A stretch of 56,804 nt of DNA, the filler included, from Sphacelaria rigidula (taxonomy: Eukaryota), in assembly GCA_964200075.2 (NCBI GenBank). It is 3 parts of 3 records of this genome, joined end to end, with 100 filler letters (N's around TTAATTAATTAA, not from the genome) between each part and the next. Parts side by side here need not be neighbours in the genome. Positions count along the whole stretch, not along the records: positions 18,981 to 37,842 come from CAXNAA020000773.1; positions 37,943 to 56,804 come from CAXNAA020000774.1; 1 more part is not named here. One strand, written 5' to 3'. Of this stretch, positions 34,178 through 46,715 are shown piece by piece (within the stretch, counting starts at the first letter, position 1; the number at the start of each line of letters is the position of its first letter). Under the pieces are notes generated by a model. That model had not been told where the DNA came from. It made no database searches and saw only the letters and a program-made list of their open reading frames with translations. Made by a program: the position numbers and the translations under genes.

Positions 34178-35470
34178 AATGTTTCGCATCGATAGTTGTC
34201 GGTCAAGAAGATTTGTGCATCGTCCGTGACTACCCGCACTCTCGGGCCGGTGGCAGAAGAAGCTGGTGCGCCATCGCTCCCTGCACTGTCGCGTTGGCAG
34301 TCTATAGATGCATGATGTTATCTGCAATGTGTAGGTAGATCGCCGGACTCGTCATCGTGATATTCGAAGAACGAGCACAGTGCTTGCACTTTGTGCTATC
34401 GTTGCATGATGGCCCCTTACGCCATGAACCGTGATTGAGTATGGGTCTTCAGAAGACGTTTGTTTTCAACGTCAAAAAGCTGGCATGTCTGAATGTACCG
34501 TGTAGTTGATTGATTCAATGGATATTTGATCGATCGATTGATTGTCGCTGTTTCACACACCCAGGGTTCAGCCGTGGACTCTGTGATGGGACATTCCCCA
34601 GGAAACAAACCTGGAACACTCCCTGAGTGTGAATGATTTGAGCTCTCCATTGTGTTATACAACATTCCAGTGAGGTACCGAGAGGAGGAAAGTTTTCTGT
34701 GAACTGTCTTCTCTGCACCGGAACCCTCCGCTCGGAATAATACATGCTTGTTTTTGTCGCGTCGTGCAGGGACGATAATTTCTCGATTGGATATCTACCG
34801 TAATCGTGGTTTTACCTCAGTTTATTCTCGAGCGCACAGATACACGTCCTGTCCCGAAAGGAGGCTCAACGGTGTGCTTGTATCTTCATGGGATATCACG
34901 AGTTGATCCCAGTCTTGGAGCCCCTGAAAAATTCATGGCTTGCACAATTTTTCATTTGAGACGTTTCACCCACTTTTTGACCCCGAAACAAAGGAAACTG
35001 CTGACAAACATCTCGGACGGTGTACACAACCTCACAAGGAATAGGTATAGTTCACTTATTTTGGGTAATCGACTGAAACACACCTACATATATTGTATGA
35101 TTACCCTATCCCGGGGTGATGAGGGCGTATGCGGCAAGCTGCAGTGTTGGAAATAGAACATCGATATGTCAGTTCGGCGTAACATATTCACTGCCTCCAG
35201 CGGACATTTGCCGATACGTTCCACCCATTCCTTCAACTCTACATTTCACGTATACGTTGTTTCCAGTTGACGCTTGAGAAGGTCCTGTACAGTCTCGGAT
35301 GAAGAGCAGGAGACACGGTCGTTCGGATACCCCGGGAATCCCCAAACAAGTTCTCTACCTATGACCCCGACATTTCTGTGACCAGTGCCCGCTTTGAGTC
35401 CGGTCAAACGTTCGAAGATTGCCATGGTACAGCTCATAACATAAATGAACTGATCAAAGTTCTCTGACTC

Positions 35471-36031
35471 CAGGTTTGCCAGTACTGTAGCGTCTAACTG
35501 CTGTTGAGGGACCCCCCACCTCTTCTGGCCTCAAGATTCTCAGTTGTCAGCCTTTACAACACCCCATCATTATATCGGAGTGAAAACCTGCGCCCTGCAC
35601 CATCTGGCCCGGTCTACACAGCAAGGGTCATTATCTACAGGAAGCCAGTGTCCCCTGATCATCCAGGGGCCACTATATACTCGTGACGGCGTAGTTTTCC
35701 AGACTCTTCCTTCTAAAATTTTTAGCAGCGTCAATCGATAGCATCTACTAGCACGCCAGCACTAGCACCAATATCGATATCGTGACGCTAGCAGGTTTGC
35801 CATTACTGCAACGTCTACATGCTGTTGAGGGACTTCCCAGCTCTTCCGGCCTCAAGTTTCTCAGTTGTTAGCCTTGACAATATATTACCATTATCTCGGA
35901 GTGAAAACCCTACAACCCTTCACTATCTGGCCTGGGCTACACAGCAAGGGTCATCATCTACAAGATATTCTTGTCCCCTGGTCATCATCCAGGGTCCACA
36001 ATATACTCAACCGTGACGGCGTGATTTTACC
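35471..36031 (+). repeat. Diverged direct duplication of an approximately 235-bp unit (35471-35700 and 35792-36031)
   Basis: Shared blocks caggtttgcca, tgctgttgaggg, ttctcagttgt, tcggagtgaaaacc, ctacacagcaagggtcat, tcatccaggg, cgtgacggcgt. Confidence 0.88.
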
Positions 36032-36249
36032 ACAGTTCTTATTAGATTGCTCTGCTTCTCATCGCGCTTCCAATTTTCCCATCCTTTCATAGATTGGAAT
36101 GGAATGGAAAAGGGACAGAAGAGACAGACGCCTTCAATGATGAGCGATGGGACTCACCTTCTTCAGCGGCATCTGAGTCGCCGGCGAAAAGGAGAGAGCT
36201 CTAGAGCTTTTACGGCCCTTCTTAACCCTTAGACCGCGAAGCGGATAGT

Positions 36250-36840
36250 CCATCTGGATCACGCATTCTTTTTTCAATAATCCCCTTTCGACAAAGGATT
36301 GGGCCCATTACGACCAGTCCCTAGTCCTATCGACAAGTAGTTTTGTACAGATTCGAACCCAGATCTGCACGCAGGTTGAGAAATACGGCGGGTCTGGAAG
36401 TGATCGTTAGTCCAAGCAGGTCCAAGGTTTGTGCAATGCTGCAGACAAGGCACAACAAGGCAAAACAACATCTACACACCCAGCCCCGAAAAACACGCAG
36501 ACACCCACCACTCACGCGCATTACTTTCACTGCTAGCCGTTGCTAATCTACACACGGCAGTCTTTTTTGACAGAAATCCGTTCTGTATCGGACGAATGGC
36601 GGCTGCATGCGTGTCAAAACAACCGAAAACGTGTCGTTGCTGACCGTTTAGTAAGCGTGTGCTGCGCGCGTCTCACACAAATCATCGTTTCTCAACAAAT
36701 TCTGAAAAGATTTGAGCAAGGTGTCACTACTACAGGACTTGGGACTGATCGTACGGACCTGTCTTTTCGGTCGAAAAAATGGAATGGTGGAATCGATGGA
36801 ATCGATCTGAGCGAAAAGTTCTCGTTTTGATGCAGTTGGG
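36250..36840. mobile_element. Old inverted-repeat (MITE-like) relic
   Basis: acgaccagtccctagtcct (about 36310) is mirrored by aggacttgggactgatcgt (about 36734), and gttgagaaa by tttctcaac. Ends and TSD not resolved. Confidence 0.4.
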
Positions 36841-37842
36841 TTCATGTGGATGTTCAAGCTTTCGACGAAAAAAATACAATAAAATTCGTGACACGACACA
36901 TGGTCACTCGTGTACAATACACGCAGTCTGTATTGTCTGCACCCCTTGAAAGCAGGGTGTCTTAAGTGTGTGTGTACGTGTTTCGTTCAAGAGGATATGA
37001 AGGAGAAGCGGGCAACATGCAGTGCAGCAGACAGCCCAGGACTATCAGTTTTCTTTGCTTACAATGCGACGTGAAGAGGACTTCAGCAACGTGCAGCTTT
37101 GTACAGACTGCACTATCCATGAGCGTGCACGCAACTCGGTTGCCCACCGTACCACGCACTTCTGTCGCTGATGCTCACCATGAGAGAAGACATACAAGTT
37201 TTCGCCAAAAAAGAATAATAAAGCATACCCAGCAACTGCAGTGCATCTATCCCTCTGCTCAATGTTGCAGGGTTGCGGTGGTAGCTGAGAACGGGCGGGC
37301 ATCTTTGCGATGTAGGCTTTTCGCGTACAGTCCGTGTTTAGGTTCTAAAAAACACCGCAGAACTGCTGTGTTGTGTTGTGTTCAGTGTAGTACTCTGTAC
37401 TCCATATACCACTGCAGAATTGTCTTGTGTTCGGTGTAGTACCCTGTACTCCACATAACGGGATCATGTTTTGAGCAGTTTTTCGAAAACTTCTGTTTTT
37501 CTGAAAAGTTCTGCTTGTTTTTCAAAAACCATTCCGAAAAAACGATAGTGTTTTCTGTCACTGAAATCTAATGCCGAATCTGGAATAGCCTGAGACAACA
37601 ACCTATATGAAAATTGGAAATGCCACGGGCATAAAACTGTATGCAGGTAGGAGAATAGGGATTCTCATACACGAGACACTCTGTGTTCCCCCGTGGGCAT
37701 TACATGCACTCCCAAAAACTCTGTCGTTCTTTTTTCATACCTGACGGGACACTTTCTACGATAGCCCCACCCTCCAAACCAGCTAAAAGTGCCACGAAAA
37801 AACTGGCCATACAGCGTCTGATGTTCGGGTTCAGGCTGCATG

Positions 37843-37942
37843 NNNNNNNNNNNNNNNNNNNNNNNNNNNNNNNNNNNNNNNNNNNNTTAATTAATTAANN
37901 NNNNNNNNNNNNNNNNNNNNNNNNNNNNNNNNNNNNNNNNNN
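37843..37942. other. Assembly gap with artificial linker
   Basis: N44-TTAATTAATTAA-N44. Confidence 0.97.
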
Positions 37943-38510
37943 GGTATAGACAGGTTCCACCCCTTCCTAGCTATGATCAATGTGCTGCAAGCTTGGGTAG
38001 GTGCGCAAACGCGCTAGGTGTCCGAGTAAAACAAGCTGCAAATGCACACGTGCAGATTCACGTGACTGTTGGTCACAGTAGCAACAAACAAAGGGAGCTC
38101 AAAGGCTTGATATTTTTTCAACTCTCACTGGTTATTCCCTTGATCGCCCAGCACACTATTCTCACCAATGGTAAACAGTAGGAGCAGATGGTCCGGCTCG
38201 AAGGGTAGCTCAAGAGTGAGCGAGGGGTGCATGAGGCACGATAGAGCAACCTATTTTTGAACTCGGCCCGGGAAGGCGTTTCGCCTCCTCGGGACTAGGG
38301 CACACCAATCTGTACACTACTCTTCCCCAGCTAGGGTACGCCAGTCTGTACACTAATCTTCCCGAGCTAGGGTAGACCAGTCTGTACACCAATCTTCCCA
38401 GAGCTATGGGAGCATTCCCCAGTGGACAGATCGGTTGATCTGTAAGCCAACCTGCCCCAAAGTTGTCGGTGGGAACAAATAACGCCTCTCTATCTTCCTT
38501 CCTCATGGCA
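37943..38510 (-). mobile_element. LTR (solo, or 5' LTR running into the gap) of the same family as the LTR at 54778
   Basis: The reverse complement starts TGCCATGAGGAAGGAAGATAGAGAGGCGTTATTTGTTCC, matching TGTCATGAGGAAGGAAGATAGAGAAGCGTTATTTGTTCC at 54778, and stays colinear to ccaagcttgcagcacattg. No polypurine tract precedes it. Confidence 0.88.
38295..38402. repeat. 3 x 36-bp tandem repeat inside the LTR
   Basis: Units start with ctaggg at 38295, 38331 and 38367 and share tctgtacac..tcttccc. Confidence 0.9.
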
Positions 38511-38751
38511 GTGAGGGGACAAACATGGCTAGAAAGGTATATAAGCACGCGTACACGTACTACGATATAAATCGCTCCCCCTCCATAGTGAAATGTCGCT
38601 TTTGTCAGCTATGTCAATGTTGAGAGCTGCTGACCTCTCAAAAAACCCCAACTTGTGAGAGTGTAGATACTACCATAGAAAGGAGGGATAATCTCACGAG
38701 TGTCTGTCCAGGCAGTATCACCTTTTCAGATTAACAACACCATGAGGTGAC

Positions 38752-38800
38752 TCTGTGTGCTTCGTGAGCAGAAGGTCCCGGGTTCGAGTCCCTGCTCCCA
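38752..38800 (+). pseudogene. tRNA-derived fragment (3' half; tRNA pseudogene or SINE head)
   Basis: B-box/T-arm GGTTCGAGTCC preceded by the variable loop AGGTC and an anticodon-like arm tgc-TTCGTGA-gca (CGT, Thr-like). No D-arm or acceptor stem can be folded. Confidence 0.55.
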
Positions 38801-40553
38801 TCAACAACGGGACAAAAACAGGAATCTCCCGAAGTTAAGCGGGCAACAAAAATATTGAAAAGTTGGCGGGGAAAAAAAGGACTGGTGCATGACTAGCAAG
38901 CGGAGTGCAGGATCTCACGAAGAAGTCTTCCGGGGGCATTGTTCGCCTAGCCACCTAGCGCCCAAGCAAGAGACGTATCGAGAATGGTGCACAAGCATCC
39001 CCACCACTAGCCGGTGAAAATGGATGCCTGTACAAAACTCCTCATGTCAACGACGCACGAAGAGGCTCATAAAAAGGGTGGATAATGAATGGTATTGGAA
39101 TCTCATAGAGGGAAAAAAAGAACACAAGTGTCTGTCGAGGACTCATCACATTTTCATACGAGCGATCGGTTCGACATTCCCCCGGTTTTCTCGCCCCAGG
39201 CTTCGTGTCGAATGTGAATCATCCCCACGTCCGTGCTGATAATGCCGCATACATGTGTCCGCCGCATGATCCCTTCTCTGCAGGGCGAGTCTCCCAGAAA
39301 TATTGTTTCATGTCGCTGTATTTCGTTTTATGCTGCTTCTACTCATTCCCTCTTGATGACAAGCCTTGATGTAGGTGATGAACGATGGGAGTTCGTATTT
39401 TGCTCAGCGATCCCTCGCCCTGTCGGCAAGAGCCTTGCGAATAGTTCCTAGCTGACGCGAATATAACATCATTCCTGAGCACGTCACGGAGATAGTCCTT
39501 CCAGGATGTTCTAGAGAATCTCTGGAAGAGCCCCAAACGTTACTTCTCGTTCGTATGAAAATTACAAGGGTCGTCGTCACTACCCTTCTGTGCTGCTGTA
39601 CGATTATGTGCTGCTACTGCTGAATCATGCATGCAGCTCAAGAACTTCTGTAGACACACACATGAAAAAATAAAATAAAAATGCCGCAATCGTCAACGTA
39701 AGTTGTGGTGTGCACAGGTATGTACGTGATTTTGCCGGGTTAGCTTGGTTTCTCTCCGTCGTTCACGTTGGTGCGCCTAAAATATACTTGCCGTAATATG
39801 CCCAGTTTATGTTTCTTGTCTCGTGTCGACATCCCCATCCTCCCAAAACGACTAGCGGAAGCCTTCGAAGACTCATCCTGGGGGCTTCATATCTTGGACG
39901 GCGCCTACAAAATCGGAGGTACGCTGAGGCGACAATATGTATCCAAGTGCGAACCGTGCCGTATACACCAGTCCTTGGAGATGTTGCACACGGTGCTTCG
40001 AGAGAGGATGCATGTGTTGTACTGCATCACGCTAATGTTTGCAACGGTCCTCCAGAAACAGCAACAATTTTTCCCTTCCCTTTTGCCTCCTCACCCGCAC
40101 TGAACACGCAAGAGCTGGTGAACTTCAATGGAGGCAGGATGCAACCGCAAAGTCCGGATCCCAAGCACATGCTTGTTTTTCGCGTCGAGATTGGCGGACA
40201 CATGGTGGGATGCCCTTGTCGAAGCGTTGAGGCAGCTCCTCGACACCGGTGTTGATTCATAAATAGGAATAACCGCCACCATCAGATATCTAGGACGCAA
40301 TGAACCATCTCGACGAGAGGAGCCTAGCCCACTCTTTCGATTCGTTGGGCTCTAAGGTTTTGCAAACGTCCACCCGCCAAAACTCCAACGGGGCTACAGA
40401 GGTGTGAAAACGGTGTGGAGTCTTTGGAAATATCGCCACAGCCGCCACCTTGTTTCGTCGTATCCAGTCTGATTTTCGGAAACTGAACGTTTTCGAAACC
40501 TAGGAGTCGAGCGACTCGGAGAATGGGCTGGGCTTCTCTCGATGGGGGCGTAC

Positions 40554-40800
40554 TCATTTGTTGCTCGCCTTAGTCGTTTGACTATTGAGCACGCATCCCT
40601 TTCGAGACGGAGCACCGTTCCTACTCCTGAATGAAGCACCTCCAACATTCCAGCGCTCATCACGTTTCTTCCATACATTACACAAAAACCTTTTACATAT
40701 CTTATCCCCGTCCTGTTTCGCCGTCTGTGGCCACCATTTATCTCCTAGTATAACCATCGTTTTCTCCCTTCTGTCTAATAATGCATCAAACGATTTCGTG
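40554..40800 (-). mobile_element. 3' tail of a 5'-truncated non-LTR retrotransposon (LINE ORF2 C-terminus-like)
   Basis: Frame reads SFDALLDRREKTMVILGDKWWPQTAKQDGDKICKRFLCNVWKKR...KASNK*. This resembles from memory a high-copy brown-algal repeat peptide with a LINE-like ILG...W..R ending. Not database-verified. Confidence 0.5.
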
Positions 40801-43800
40801 CCGTCATCTCTCGATGGGGGTATGCACAGTGTCCGAGATATGTGATGGCGACATTTCCAGGTTTGAGGTCAAAAACTGTGTCAAATATGTCAGACCTAAA
40901 AATGTATGAATCGAAAAAGATCGCATCCTTTTGAGGAGTAGCCTGGAACGACGTCTTTGTTCCCTTGATGTGGCAGGATTGCAAATATCTATCAACGCAT
41001 GGCAAGCAGCAAGCTGACATCGGGTTAGTTAAAGGGGCCAGCAAAATGATAGAAAAGAACTCCCAGATTCGCGCAGGAAACGTGCACCCGATACATCTTG
41101 ACTGGAGCACAGAAACTGCTAGAAGTGCTCCCAAGCAAAAGACCATAGACACGAGAATGATGTCAAGATATCCCCGCGAACAATGTCTCGTGGCTACGCC
41201 ATGAGGTGTGGAGTGCTTTGTCACGTAGGAGATGTAACGGTGATTTCTACATCAGAGGGCGGCAACAACAGATGGTGACAGCCGGAAACTATCGTCGGTG
41301 ATGGAGCATGACGCTCGTCGTGGTCAGTCCCTTATCGCCTATATTGTCGAAAAAACAAACCCTGCACTGCTGCAGGACTCTGTTTGCCACAATATCTCGA
41401 TGAAAGTTCCGACGGCGCAAGTTTTGGATGGCGTGGTCACCCCAAACCGCAACTCTGAAATACGCGGTTGAAAAACTGATCGCCTGACGTGTATATCCCG
41501 TACCCACGGTGGTATGGATACTAGAACACAGCATAAAGTGGAATACAAAACAAGGAGCCTGACAAGCACATAAACATCACAGTACTCGTCTTGTGTAGCT
41601 ACAGACGTACTGTAACACGGACGCCACAACACGTGTCGTTCCGAACTTGTACACAGAGTTTCGAACCAAGCAAAAACATTAAGGATTGAATTTTGTTGAT
41701 TTCGCATAATCCCGTTCAAAAACTAAGGCTCAGCCGTTTTCTCTCGTCATGGATCGGCTTAGATAATTACTCCAGCACGGTTATACGTAGTGTATAAAAC
41801 AAAAATTAACCCGTCCCCTTAACATGGCACGCAAGGTGGCGTACGTTTCCGGAGAGACTAAGCCGGCACGTCGGACGCGTATGGTGAAGACAGACCTTGC
41901 TGCTCGTGACGGAGTGTTCGTGCACGTTGTGGACAAGATACTTTACGCGGAGATGTAAAATCACGACAGGCCAAAAGTGCATCGACTTTTACCATCATCT
42001 TCATCGAAAACGAGTGTTCGTATACTACTAAGGATCTTCTTCGATTGATGGGGGGAAATGGGTTATTTTCCCCCGTTTTCCCACGTTTGCCTTGCACTTT
42101 TCATGCGCGTTACGCAATTTGTTCTCAGAAATCACTACTTTTTTTTTCCCAAAGCAATCTTCATTTCCATGCCCACATATGGGAAATGGATTCACCCGAA
42201 CATCAGCACTGCCGCTCGTTTCATGCAGTTTGGCGGGGACGCAACCGCGACAGTGCACGCACACACCACAACTGCACCGCACTGGAGACATAACTTGCTG
42301 TTCCAAGGGGTGGTCATGATAATATTGGGCGCTTGCGCTGATGTCACAACACCATGTCGTGAAAATTGGGACACAGGACGTGGAGCTGGGTCGTTTACCA
42401 TAAACTTGTGGATTTTTCAAAACTTTTCCCACTTTTTCTGGTGGAAAATGCAAAGCCGATGGAAAGCTTTAAAAAAACACTGTTCCGCCGCAGCAGCCGC
42501 AATTGCGCCTCCACCGCTGGCGCACTCTATCTTTGTCCTTCTCTTGCTTTTGTCGCTGCTTTCGCTGAGCCGCACTCTTGACCTGTAGTGCCCTTGCTCT
42601 ATTGTCATCGTCCTTCCTGCCCCACATCGCTCGCCGAATATCCCGCCCAGCGCTGTGTCAGATTGCTTGTTGTAAACCCTTCCGGACAGTTGACATTATA
42701 GCGTATTGGACAGATCCAGAACACGCCGCTTTTATCTTACGGCGAAAGCGACTATACCTTTCTCCTTGCAGGACGTTGACACTTGTGTGCTGCTGCTGTG
42801 TCTATAGTACGGTGTCCTCTTACTCTTGACACTGACTGTTTTAATGTTTTGCTTCATCACTTACAAACCGTACGCTTCCTTCTTTCGGTGCAGCAACTGT
42901 GTAGGTATTAACTGCGGCTCCACCTGTAGCAGTACTGTAGTACACATCATCCGTTCCTCCGGGCGACAATCTGCCCTACCACGATTTCTCACTAATATCG
43001 GTGCTGTCCTTCTGTCACCGAACCCTCCATCAGGTTTCTACAACACTCCAGCGCCACTTCTAAATTTTTCGCTGGGTGTGCACTACGCGATCCACTTTTC
43101 ATCTTTGGGTTGTGTATTACGCCACGCCATCTTCTGTGTGTGTACTGGGTGATACATTTTTCATCTCTCGTGTGTGTACTACGTGACACATTTTTCTCTT
43201 TTGGTTCTGTACTGCGGATCCACCGTTTGGTTATATCCTACGTTATCCACCTTTTTCTTCTTTGGCGCTATACTACCTGGTTCGTTTTACGATTTACTGT
43301 TGTTTTTGTTTCAAAATTTCGTATTCCCCTGTAATCCTTTCAGTTTGGCGCCTGATCTGCCCCAACATTACTGTTTCAGTCGGCTGCTACGGCTGTCTCC
43401 TCTTGGACCCCTGCACATGACTTCAGTGTTTCGCACCCTCGCTCCCGCCCTTTTTGATTCTCTTTCTGTATTGAATTCCAAAACTATTTACACATCGCCT
43501 TCATTTTGGCCTCGTGATCTACACTAGTCTTCGTTTCTACACCTCCTGTGTGCAGTGTCTTCCTTGCCCCATTGAAGTACCCTTGTGCAGTGTGTGCCTG
43601 GCCACTGAAGTACCCCTGTTGTACTTGACGTGCACAGTGCGCCGTCGGACATCTGTCCGAGTGTCTGCTTCCTTTCACAGTCGTCTCACTGTTAGGTTTT
43701 GCTCTTGCACCACACCTTTCTTGCGACAACTATTAGTTTTGTCTGTAAGTTTGTTCCTTAGCGACTATTAATACCTGTGGTACACCTTCAGTGCGCCTTC

Positions 43801-44331
43801 CTGCGGTCCCCCATACACGGTTTCCTCTACAGGTGTCGTATTTCTGCCGCAGTTCCTCCCTTTTCGGCGTTTAGCTTCAGTTCTTCATATTTTCCTCTGC
43901 TGCCTGCCCTTTCGGTACTTGAAAAAATTGCTGCGATTACGCTTATTGTTATTATCACAGCAGCTTACTGTACTTCGGTATACCCACCTTAAAAAAAAAT
44001 GTAGTCTTTACTGCTCAATTGTTCGGTACTTGCATTTCGAGCTTGTGCTACCTGCTTTTGTTACACCAGCCTATTGTACTCTGGTGTTTAGCGTCCATTT
44101 CTACATTTTCAATTTAATATGACGCAGCCGAAGAAAATATTTCTCCACTCGGCCCTTCCTCCTTACAAACCTTCACGCCGTCAGCGTTTTCTTTCATCAC
44201 TTCCTCCAAAACAATTCACTCTTACTTCCCCCGTACACGAAGAAGTAAAATCCGACAGAGCTTCGGCGCTCCACTCTGGCGACTACACGTCTCAAGAGTT
44301 GGCTTCTACTGGTGACCACGACCGCCATTTG

Positions 44332-44700
44332 TCCAAGACTTCCAACATGACCGACGAGTCGCTACGCGCTCGCGCTGTTGCGAAACACACACCGTCCAAG
44401 ACTTCCGACATGACCAACGAGTCGCTACGCGCTCGCTCTGTCGCGAACCGTCCACTGTCCAAGACTTCCAACATGATCGACGAGTCGCTACGCGCTCACT
44501 CTGTTGTGAAACTCACACCGTCTCGGAGTTCCGACATGATCGACGAGTCGCTATGCGCTCGCTCTATTGTGAAACGCACACCGTCTCGGAGTTCCAACAT
44601 GTCTGACGAGTCGCCACGCGTTTCCACTGTAGTAAAACGCAAACCGCTCCAGGCTTCCGCCGCGGTTATCGACTCACTCCGTGCTCGCGGTGTTGACGAA
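44332..44700 (+). repeat. About 6 x 63-bp coding tandem repeat (SKTSNMTDESLRARAVAKHTP) in ORF 44119-44880
   Basis: Units at 44332, 44395, 44458, 44521, 44584 and a degenerate one near 44647; frame preserved. Confidence 0.9.
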
Positions 44701-46715
44701 CGGCACTCGCCCATGCCTTCCAACACTCTTGGCACGACGCACAACGGTTCTGATGCCTCACCGCAACCGCGACAACACGACATGCATCGTGAGGACACTT
44801 CTGTAGCCAGCCCTCGCGCCGAACATCCTCCTCGCGTCTTGGCCGCTCAGAAGAGCCTTCCACTGGGCACTTGCCTTTAGTCACGGCTCTAAAGCACTTG
44901 CTCCATTTATCACCGGCTGTCATTTCTGATGATCCGGCAACAACTGCCCTCTTACAAGCGCTTGCGGCCGCGTTTCACACAGCCGTTCACCATTCGGCGT
45001 CTTCAGATCATGTTCACTCTAACAGCAGTGCGAACCAACCGGCCTTTGTCCCAGCGCCTACAAACTCACATGACGCACGTTCGACCTCAGATGTTCCCTC
45101 TGATTGGGATTCGGATGGTGACGACATTCTTCACCATGGTGATAGTACTACTCATGCCCATGACGTATGTGCTCTGTTAACGGGATTATCATCAACCACG
45201 GGATCATCACGGCCTAAATATGTCGATCGGACCCATGTGCGTTCACAACTGCCCGTTGATGCTTCGTTGATTAAAAACCACGCACCTTTGCGCGACGGAC
45301 GCAGCACTAACCGTGCCCTTCCGCTCCATCCTGATGGTGCCACTGTGCGTGCGGTGGAACGATAAATTGCAGATCTTCGTCGATACCTGCGATCTGCTTC
45401 CACCATGGTTAACAACCCGGCACCTTCGACCACCGCTCCTATCGCGGCCACTTCAGCTACTGCGGCTGCGGACATCGATACGGATGCTGAGAGCATCCGT
45501 GTCACGCCCCCCGCCCCCAGCGCGGCAGCGACTGCAGCTCCCAATACGGTGGCCACGGATGACACCCCTGTCACGGCCGCCCATGCGGGATCGGCCACTT
45601 TGCCTCAGGATGCTACTGCCACGGGTTCGGCTCCGGCGCCTGCACCAGGGTCTCTCACGGACGACTGCCTCCTGTTGGGCGTCGAGCATTGCCCGCCGGG
45701 CCTCCTACCCCGGCTCTGGTTGCGTGGTTCCCGCTCAGACCAAGAGCAAATACCCGCTGAGTACCAGGCAATTCAACCAGCCACGCCCCCTGCGCCGCCC
45801 TCACCCCGCCAATCGGCGGAGGCCGCTGCTCACAATCTCCTTCTCGACGACTTCACGGCACGTCTCACGCACCAACGTCGAGCTGTCGACTCGTCGACCA
45901 GCCGCCAGCAGGCGGCCCAGGAGACTTTAAATGAGCGTCTCGCTGCGTTTGAAAAAATGCGTGACTCCCTCCGGCGCGATGAACACCGTCTACGCCAATA
46001 CACTGCGGCCACGGCCTCCACCACCTCGGCTTTACGATCTTCGGAACAGGAGCAACACCTTCCTCTTCTGAGGACAACGCTGACAGCGTCAGCGCCTGCG
46101 CCCACTTCAGCACTTACAGGCTCAGCGGAGACCCGTCAGCCCTCGCGCTCATAGGCGGCTGCTACCGCCCCTACAGCCTCACCTGCGCGCACTTCACCAG
46201 CGCAACCGCAGGTCCCTCAGGTCTCAATGCCCCCTGCCCTCACACCTTGGCTCCGCCTTCAGGGCAGCGAACGTTCTTGGCTTTCGTGGACGCTCCGCCA
46301 ACTTTCGGGCAAGTATCATCGCACCAACGGTACCGGGCACAATCGTTCCGCCTACGAGACCGCCGTCGCTGCCCTTTCACGGCTATGCGTGCCGCCCATA
46401 ACACGCTACCACCCGATGATGGTGATGCTTGGATTACACCCCACCCCTCTCATCACCGTGGTGATGACGACCACTTCGACGACGACCAACCCGGCGCCAA
46501 ACCGCGCCGCGATCAGGGCACCACCCGTATGCACAACAATGGTCGCCGTACAACCCAGGGCAGCCATAAACGCTCCGGCGACCAATCTTCACGCTCGTCT
46601 ACAACCAGACACCGTCAGTACGCCTCGACGCGATCCGCACGACCCTCAGCGGCCGTCAGTCAAGTAACGCCTCCCTTAGTAGATGCGTCTGCTCGTCTTC
46701 TAGGTCTTACCGATA

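Noticed and set aside
38745-38800. Functional tRNA-Thr gene
   Set aside because: Only the anticodon-to-T-arm half is present, with mismatched stems; no A-box or acceptor stem.
39000-42400. Short ORFs suggesting a hidden gene or viral insert
   Set aside because: Apart from the LINE-like tail, no motif, long frame or consistent exon chain is visible.
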